Part shown: in pieces, positions 29,850 through 36,190 of the stretch
How the letters are laid out: each line of letters begins with the position of its first letter
How positions within the stretch are numbered: position 1 is the first letter of the stretch
NCBI GenBank assembly: GCA_015478645.1
Contig: JADMIL010000006.1
Location: 29,609-93,608 of the forward strand
DNA from: Candidatus Binataceae bacterium
Lineage (GTDB): Bacteria > Desulfobacterota > Binatia > Binatales > Binataceae
DNA length: 64,000 nt
Direction of reading: 5' to 3'
Program-made: the position numbers and the translations under genes
The notes under the pieces: generated by a model
What the model was told of the DNA's origin: nothing
Seen by the model: the letters and a program-made list of their open reading frames with translations, nothing else
The model's database searches: none

Positions 29850-30659
29850 ATGAAAGCATCCCACCAGCCCGGCGTAACGGAATTTGCCGACGGCGAAGCC
29901 TCCGCCGCGGCGATCGACGAGATGATCGGCGCGGCCCATGCGCGCCTGGTGCATGACTTCGCGATCGTCAGGCGCCCGCCGGCGCGGGTCGGCGTGGTCG
30001 AGTCGCGCCTGGGCCCGCTGCTGGCCGCCGAAAGTCCGCGCGGACTGCTCGCGCTGAGCTTTCTCGATCATTCCGACGGCGGCGCGACGGTCGCCGCCAT
30101 CCGCCAGCTTTTCGATCCGGTCGAGGATCGCGCTGTGGCCGTCCGGGCCGGCGCGGAAATCGATCGCCTGCTCGACGGCGACGCCAGCGCGGTGACCGGG
30201 CGGGTGGTCGACTTCAGCCTGGTGCCGAGTCCGTTTCGGCGCCGCGCTTTCCAGCGTCTGCGCACCGTGCCGGCCGGCGCGGTGGTCACCTACCAGGCGC
30301 TCGCCGCGGCGATCGGAGCGCCCTCGGGTCAGCGCGCGATCGGCAATACAATGGCGACGAATCCGGTGGCCATCTACGTCCCGTGCCATCGCGTGATTCG
30401 CTCCGACGGCAGCGTTGGCAATTACGGCGGCGGCGTCGATCGGAAACTGATGCTGTTGCGGAGCGAGGGGTTCAAGGTGGACCGCGGCAATCGCGTACCG
30501 GCCGGCGCGGTCTACGGCCATTGGCTATCGCGCATCTTCTGCCGCCCGGATTGTTCGGCCGTGCGCCGCGCCGAACGCCGCCAATGGATCATCTTTGGCG
30601 ACGCCGAGCACGCCCGCCACGCCGGGATGCGCGCGTGCAAACTCTGCCGTCCGGCCTAG
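29850..30659 (+). CDS. ogt: Methylated-DNA--protein-cysteine methyltransferase fused to a C-terminal Ada-type zinc-binding module
   Basis: ATG lies 4 nt after the sigma-factor stop. MGMT motifs TYQALAAAIGAPSGQRAIGNTMATNP and PCHRVIRSDGSVGNYGGG. C-terminal FCRPDCSAVRR...FGDAEHARHAGMRACKLCRP resembles Ada_Zn_binding. Confidence 0.85.
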   Translation: MKASHQPGVTEFADGEASAAAIDEMIGAAHARLVHDFAIVRRPPARVGVVESRLGPLLAAESPRGLLALSFLDHSDGGATVAAIRQLFDPVEDRAVAVRAGAEIDRLLDGDASAVTGRVVDFSLVPSPFRRRAFQRLRTVPAGAVVTYQALAAAIGAPSGQRAIGNTMATNPVAIYVPCHRVIRSDGSVGNYGGGVDRKLMLLRSEGFKVDRGNRVPAGAVYGHWLSRIFCRPDCSAVRRAERRQWIIFGDAEHARHAGMRACKLCRPA

Positions 30660-30771
30660 GTAACCTCTGCATAAGTCAGGTTGTCATTCTGAGCGCAGCG
30701 AAGAATCCCGGATCCGGGACCCATGCGCTGCGCTCAGGGTGACCCCAGAGCCTTGTGCAGAGGTTCCCTAG
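30657..30771. repeat. Nested-palindrome MITE/REP-like element, copy 3 (orientation A)
   Basis: TAGGTAACCTCTGCATAAG...GTCATTCTGAGCGCAGCGAAGAATCCCGGATCCGGGACCCATGCGCTGCGCTCAGGGTGAC...CTTGTGCAGAGGTTCCCTAG. Its first three bases are the ogt stop codon. Confidence 0.9.
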
Positions 30772-30895
30772 CCGTCATGCGCGGCGCGCCGGACGGCCGA
30801 AATTGTCCGGCGGCCGATCGCCGGCGCGCCGATCGGCCACGGCGGGGAAGCCCGTTGACACCCCCGCCGCCTGATCATGCGTCTCGCCGATCATT

Positions 30896-31243
30896 TCATT
30901 CGGTGTTCTGCTGACCCTGCATCTGATCGATCTGCCGGCGCTGCGATTCGATCTCCTGCTGCTGCTGCTCAAGCTGGCCCTGAGTCTGATCGTTCTGCAC
31001 CTGCTGGTTTTGCATCTCGTTGCCTACCGCATAGCCGCCGAGGGCGCCCATCCCGCCGCCGATTGCCGCACCCGCGCCCGGAGCGCCAACGGCCGCACCG
31101 ATTATCGCACCGGTACCGGCGCCCAGCACGGCGCCCACGCCGGTGCCCTTCTCACGGTCGGTCAACGGTTGTCCCGAACATCCGCCGACCAAAAGTACCA
31201 CGGCAAGCGCGATTCCCGCCGTGGCCATCCATTTCGTGCGCAT
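30896..31243 (-). CDS. Glycine-zipper lipoprotein with Gln-rich coiled-coil tail
   Basis: ATG 31241-31243 after GAGGAGGA. Lipobox LLVGGC. Glycine zipper GVGAVLGAGTGAIIGAAVGAPGAGAAIGGGMGALGGYAVG. Tail QNQQVQNDQTQGQLEQQQQEIESQRRQIDQMQGQQ. Confidence 0.8.
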   Translation of the reverse strand: MRTKWMATAGIALAVVLLVGGCSGQPLTDREKGTGVGAVLGAGTGAIIGAAVGAPGAGAAIGGGMGALGGYAVGNEMQNQQVQNDQTQGQLEQQQQEIESQRRQIDQMQGQQNTE

Positions 31244-31389
31244 TACCCTATCCTCCTCTCCTCGTGCTCCCTGACTTGACGCTTGCAATTCCAGGCGGCC
31301 GCCCGGCCGCCGATCGAATTCTCTCTATAGATATACTGTCGCGCGCCGATTCGGTTTCACCGCCTCGCGCGCGCCTGCTCGAGCGCGGA

Positions 31390-31737
31390 CTATTCGGTCT
31401 CCTGCGTTTGCTGCAACTGCCGAATCTCGCGGCGCTGTTGCTCGATTTCCCGCTGCTCCGCGCCCAGCGCTCGCTGGTTGGCATAGTTGGCGTTCTGCTG
31501 ATGTTGCAGCTCGCTGCCGACCGCATAGCCGCCCACTCCGCCGACGCCCGCACCGATTAACGCCCCGGCTATCGGATGATGCACGGCAGCACCGACGATC
31601 GCACCGGTACCCGCGCCCAACAACGCTCCAACTCCCGTACCCTTCTGGGTCTCGCTAAACTGCGCCGACGCCACCGCCGGCAGCGCGATCAGTGCGGCGC
31701 TCAGCCCGACCGCTATGATCCAGTTTTTGCGCATCAT
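31390..31737 (-). CDS. Glycine-zipper secreted protein, paralog of 30896..31243
   Basis: Start at ATG 31735-31737 (MMRKNWIIAVGLSAALIALPAVASA). GVGALLGAGTGAIVGAAVHHPIAGALIGAGVGGVGGYAVG, then a Q/R-rich tail ending QQTQETE. The 247-aa track ORF extension was rejected. Confidence 0.8.
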   Translation of the reverse strand: MMRKNWIIAVGLSAALIALPAVASAQFSETQKGTGVGALLGAGTGAIVGAAVHHPIAGALIGAGVGGVGGYAVGSELQHQQNANYANQRALGAEQREIEQQRREIRQLQQTQETE

Positions 31738-32165
31738 TCCGTCCCTCCAGCCATGCTTGCCGCCATACCTCTCCTGAGCCGCCGCTGCTCCCTTGTATGC
31801 GGGGTTAAAGCAGGTGTTGTGCCGGAGGCCGGGGACAAGAAAACTCAGCAAAAATGCCTTATATCTATTAGAGTGATTCGTTCGACGCTTCGTTTCGTCG
31901 AGTAATCGACGCTTTCGTACAAACAACTCAAAAGGCGTCACGTGCCGATCTCGGCCGTCTTCGTCGCCTATTCGCACCTCATATGTAGGTGTGGATCGGT
32001 TTGACGCGCACTTGCGAGCACCCTCCCGCCGCTTGAGCGATCGGCCACGGCGACCGCGCGCGCCGATCGAATCACGCTGGCACGGACGATCAGGGCAAAA
32101 GGGCGAAGATCCGCGCGGGTGCACCGCTGCCATCGCCGATCTTCATTGCCCGACTCCCGATGCCG

Positions 32166-33935
32166 CTACCAGCCAATCGCCTGCGCCGGCATCACCACCG
32201 CCAATTGTCCACGTGGGTCGGCGCCGCCCTCGAGCAGCCGGCGCTCCGGATCGAAGCGGATACCCAGCACGTGGCCCTCACACCACGGCGGCCGGGTCTC
32301 CACCGTATGCCCGCGCGCGGCGAGTTCGTCGCGCACGGCGGGCGCGATCCGATCCTCCACGCGCAGTACGCCGGGCTGCGCGTTATGCGGGTAGAAGGTC
32401 GAGGGGAAATGCGCGGTGGAAAAGCGCGGCGCTTCGATCGCCTCCTGCACCGACATGCCAAATTCGATGAGGTTGAGAAAAAATTGCAGCGTCCACTGAT
32501 CCTGCTGATCGCCGCCCGGCGTGCCAAAGGCCAGGTACGGCGCGCCGTCGCGCGTCGCGATTGAGGGCGTCAGCGTGGTCCGCGGCCGTTTGCCGGGACG
32601 CAGCGCGTTGGCGTGGCTCTCGTCGAGAAAAAAAGTCTGCATGCGCGAGCCCAGCGGAAAGCCGAGGGTGTCGATCACCGGCGAACTCGGAATCCATCCG
32701 CCGCTCGCCGTCACCGCGATCAGGTTGCCGCGCCCGTCGGCCGCCGTAACGTGAATCGTCCCCGGACCCCATGAGCGCGGCTCGCCGCCGCCGCCCTCGA
32801 GCAGCGCGCGGAGACCGTTGGGATCGCCCGGCCGCTGCTCCATCGAGGCGCGCCGCGGATCGATCAGTTCCCGGCGCATCGCGGCGTAGCGCGGCGCGAG
32901 CAGCCGATCGATCGGCACCGGCGTGAAATCGGGGTCGCCGTAGTATTGCTCGCGATCGGCAAAGGCGAGCTTGGCCGCCTCGACCAGGTGATGGATATAG
33001 TCGGCCGAGTTGAGGCCCATCGCGCGCAGATCAAATCCCTCGAGCAGGCGCAGTTGCTGCAAAAACACCGGCCCCTGCGACCACGGCTGGCATTTATGCA
33101 CCGTGACGCCGCGATAGTCGGCGGTCACCGGCTCCTCGACCTTGGTCGTGAAGGCGGCCAGATCGCGCTCGGCAAGCAGGCCGCCGTTGGCCTCGGACCA
33201 CTTGACGATCTGATGCGCGATATCGCCGCGGTAGAAGCGATCGCGCGCCGTGTCGATCGCCGATTCGCGGCCGCGATTGCGCGCACCGGCCTCGGCGTCG
33301 GCCAGCCGGCGAAAGAAGCTGGCGAGCGCCGGGTTGCGGATGATCTCGCCGGTATGCGGGACTTCACCGCGCGGCATGTAGACCTGCGCGGTGGTCGGCC
33401 ATTTCTCGCGAAATTTCTTTTCGTTGCTGCGAATCGACGCCGTGCCGATCAGCCCCGACAGATCCTCGGGCGTCTCGCCGTCGCCGGCCAGCCCGTGATG
33501 CATCGGCATGCCGTCTTCGCACAGCGCCATCGCCGGCGCGATCACTTCAGCCAGCGTCATCGTGCCGAATTGCTTGAGCGCCACCGCCAGCGCGTCGAAT
33601 GCGGCGGGAACGCCCGCCGCGAGTAATCCCTGGCCCGGAATGAGTTTGAGGCCGAGGCCGCGATAATGCGCAATCGTCGCCCGCGCCGGCGCGGTCATGT
33701 TGCCGTTAATCGCGACGACCCGGCGGGCATCTGCAAGATAAATGAGCATCGGCGCCTCGCCGCCGATCGTATGCATATGCGGATTGACCACCCCTTCGAC
33801 GAAGGTCGCGGCTACGGCGGCGTCGATCGCGCTGCCGCCACGCGCGAAGATCCGCGCTCCGGCCGCCGCCGACAGATAGTGCTCCGTCGCGACCATCGCC
33901 TCGCGACCCATCACCAGTGGATAAAGAGTGGTCAT
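32166..33935 (-). CDS. ggt: Gamma-glutamyltransferase family protein
   Basis: Start at ATG 33933-33935 after GGGAGA. AMVATEHYLSAAAGARIFARGGSAIDAAVA, nucleophile region GTIHVTAADGRGNLIAVTASGG, and GTPGGDQQ. Confidence 0.88.
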   Translation of the reverse strand: MTTLYPLVMGREAMVATEHYLSAAAGARIFARGGSAIDAAVAATFVEGVVNPHMHTIGGEAPMLIYLADARRVVAINGNMTAPARATIAHYRGLGLKLIPGQGLLAAGVPAAFDALAVALKQFGTMTLAEVIAPAMALCEDGMPMHHGLAGDGETPEDLSGLIGTASIRSNEKKFREKWPTTAQVYMPRGEVPHTGEIIRNPALASFFRRLADAEAGARNRGRESAIDTARDRFYRGDIAHQIVKWSEANGGLLAERDLAAFTTKVEEPVTADYRGVTVHKCQPWSQGPVFLQQLRLLEGFDLRAMGLNSADYIHHLVEAAKLAFADREQYYGDPDFTPVPIDRLLAPRYAAMRRELIDPRRASMEQRPGDPNGLRALLEGGGGEPRSWGPGTIHVTAADGRGNLIAVTASGGWIPSSPVIDTLGFPLGSRMQTFFLDESHANALRPGKRPRTTLTPSIATRDGAPYLAFGTPGGDQQDQWTLQFFLNLIEFGMSVQEAIEAPRFSTAHFPSTFYPHNAQPGVLRVEDRIAPAVRDELAARGHTVETRPPWCEGHVLGIRFDPERRLLEGGADPRGQLAVVMPAQAIGW

Positions 33936-34179
33936 CGGATTCTCCCTGCCTGATCGCAAATAGTACGCACGATGCGGGCATTACAAGCGCGTCGGCCGGC
34001 GCGCGCCGAGGATGCCTGTAATGGTGTACCAAACCGGGGCGCTCCACGCACCGAAAATAGTTCGCATTTCGCGCGAGCACTTCGCATCAGGTGTGTAGAA
34101 AGGTTGGTTTACGCGTCAGCGTGCCAAGCAATTGAATAGAGATCGTATCAAACGGCGTCTAACTATTAGGCCTGAACCT

Positions 34180-34188
34180 TGCTATAAT
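34180..34188 (+). promoter_or_regulatory. Candidate extended -10 promoter element (TGcTATAAT)
   Basis: TG at 34180-34181 and a perfect TATAAT at 34183-34188, 58 nt upstream of ATG 34246. No good -35 element. Confidence 0.35.
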
Positions 34189-34245
34189 CCTTGCAGGTGG
34201 TTGCGGTCGCCCGGTTTCCTTCCCGGGCTAAAGGTGGAAGTGACT

Positions 34246-34446
34246 ATGGAAACCTTGAACTCAGCCTCAGTTGTCGGTCGGCATTGTCGAATCATCGGAT
34301 CGGTTCGCGACAGCCAGGGTCGCGGCCGCTTCAACGAAGAACCCCTGATCGTGCGCGAGGTCGATAATCTTGGCCGCCACATGTATCTGGTGCAATTCGA
34401 CGACGGCAGCACGACCTTTCTGTTTCCGTCCGAAGTAGTCGTCTAA
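34246..34446 (+). CDS. Small hypothetical protein (66 aa)
   Basis: ATG preceded by AAGGTGGAAG. METLNSASVVGRHCRIIGSVRDSQGRGRFNEEPLIVREVDNLGRHMYLVQFDDGSTTFLFPSEVVV, possibly a beta-rich SH3/Tudor-like fold. No family recognised. Confidence 0.5.
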   Translation: METLNSASVVGRHCRIIGSVRDSQGRGRFNEEPLIVREVDNLGRHMYLVQFDDGSTTFLFPSEVVV

Positions 34447-34838
34447 GCCCGTCGGGCTCAGGAAGGCGGTCGGACTCCGAAACGCCGTCAGGTTCCCCAC
34501 CGGCGTTGGGATTGCCGCCGCGTACCATTGATGCGGCTCTGCGGCCTGTTCCGCCGCCGACGGTAGCGCGCCCATGCCTCAAGCCGCGATGATGGCGGCG
34601 GCCGTTCCGCGCGATCCGCTCCCCTAAAAATCCGATCGAACGATCGTTATCCAAGCGTTATTGCGGCGCCATTGATTTGGCGCTGCGCGCGTCCGATCGC
34701 CCCGTCCGTGTGACCGTTCGCGGCGGCCATGCCGGACCGCGCTCTTGCCTGCGCGCTGCCGCACGTCGATGATTAGGTTTTGGTGCGTCCGGCGCGCGGA
34801 GAAATCCGGCGCAACCGTGACGCAACCCAGGAGAGACG

Positions 34839-35141
34839 ATGCCAGCATACGTAATCGGCGCCCGGCGAACCGAAAAGGGCCATCAGAACCTCAAGGAATT
34901 CTCCGCCGTCCTCGAACGCTTCAGCCGCGTCCGTGAAGCCAACGGCGGTACGCTAATCAAGTGCTACGCGACGTTCGGCCGTTTCGACATGATCATTATC
35001 GCCGAGTATCCCAGCGGCACCGCGATGCAACGCGCGATGACCACGATGCTCGGCGAGGGCGTCTTTACCATCGAAGTGTCCGAAGCGATGCCAATGTCGG
35101 AGTTTCTCGCGATTCTCAAAGAGGAAGAACAGGAACACTGA
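34839..35141 (+). CDS. GYD-domain protein
   Basis: About 100 aa. MPAYVIG...GTLIKCYATFGRFDMIIIAEYPSGTAMQRAMTTMLGEGVFTIEVSEAMPMSEF, with the GxxD core GRFD. Confidence 0.7.
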   Translation: MPAYVIGARRTEKGHQNLKEFSAVLERFSRVREANGGTLIKCYATFGRFDMIIIAEYPSGTAMQRAMTTMLGEGVFTIEVSEAMPMSEFLAILKEEEQEH

Positions 35142-35145
35142 TTTT

Positions 35146-35291
35146 TAGCCGCGGCTTCGCAGACTCGCCCGCACCCCATGCCCGCCGCGCCCGATTCACC
35201 CGCTTAATTTTTGCGGGAGGTGTGGAACCTCTCAGAGGTTCCACTTGCTGCTACTCTCTTTTTATAGCCGCGGCTTCGCAGACTTGCCCGG
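35146..35291. repeat. Composite repeat patch: family-2 copy, collapsed family-1 terminal palindrome, and partial family-2 copy
   Basis: 35146-35184 TAGCCGCGGCTTCGCAGACTCGCCCGCACCCCATGCCCG is the reverse complement of the 23069 unit. 35222-35244 is GTGGAACCTCTCAGAGGTTCCAC. 35265-35291 is TAGCCGCGGCTTCGCAGACTTGCCCGG. Confidence 0.85.
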
Positions 35292-35298
35292 AGTCTCC

Positions 35299-35820
35299 CT
35301 AGCGTGCGAGCAGTTCGCGCGTATGATGCAATGCGACGATCGTCTTGGCGTCGATAATCTCGCCGCGGGCGATCATCCTGAACGCCTCATCGAGCATCAC
35401 CCGATCGACGTCGATCACTTCGTCGTGGTCGAGTTCGCGCGGCGCCCCCTTTAGATCGCGCGCCAGGTAGAGTGTGATCCGCTCGTCGCAGAAGCTCGGA
35501 ATCGTGACGATCGTGCCGAGCTCATCCCAGCGCGCGGCAACCAGGCCGGCCTCCTCGCGCAACTCGCGCTCGGCGCATTGACGGGGCGTCTCGCCCGGGT
35601 TGATACAGCCGGCCGGTATCTCGCGCAGCCATCCGCCCGCCGCGTGGCGATACTGCGTGAGCAGCGGAATCGATCCGTCACGGTCGAGCGCGACGATCGC
35701 GCTGGCCCCGGGATGGCGGATGACGGCGAGGTCGATCGTCAGGCCATTGGGCAGCTCCGCCTGTTCGACGCCGACATCGACCACGCCCAGCTTGAGCACG
35801 GGGCGGCGCTTGATAGCCAT
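35299..35820 (-). CDS. NUDIX hydrolase (ADP-ribose pyrophosphatase-like)
   Basis: Start at ATG 35818-35820 (MAIKRRPVLKLGVV...). NUDIX box PAGCINPGETPRQCAERELREEAGL. Confidence 0.8.
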   Translation of the reverse strand: MAIKRRPVLKLGVVDVGVEQAELPNGLTIDLAVIRHPGASAIVALDRDGSIPLLTQYRHAAGGWLREIPAGCINPGETPRQCAERELREEAGLVAARWDELGTIVTIPSFCDERITLYLARDLKGAPRELDHDEVIDVDRVMLDEAFRMIARGEIIDAKTIVALHHTRELLAR

Positions 35821-36190
35821 GCCCTCAAGGATGCGGCCGGCGACGGCGGCGGGCAAGCGCCCGCGCGATCGATCGGGCTCGCGATCGCCAATGTCGCGGC
35901 CCGGATCGATGAATTCGCATAGGGCGGCCGATCCTTCTCGCTCCGCTCGGGTGGGGGCGGCGATCGATGTCTCAGACTCGGACAATCGCGCGCCGCGACA
36001 TCGCCGATTTTGACGCGAGTTTTCCCGTCCGGCCGGCGCTGCGCGCAATCGCGGCAGAATACCGATTCATCGCGCGACAAGGATCCCGGCACCGTAGTTG
36101 CTGTTCTGCCAATAGCAGATGCGTCCGCGGCGCCATTCCGATCGGATCGACAAGCACGGCGCGGACCAAATCAAGGTTCGGGAAATCCAC

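Noticed and set aside
31738-32133. Upstream extension of the second glycine-zipper gene to a 247-aa ORF.
   Set aside because: The extension has no signal or domain features and crosses a lower-GC non-coding-looking stretch. A proper RBS (GGAGGG) and signal peptide begin at 31737.
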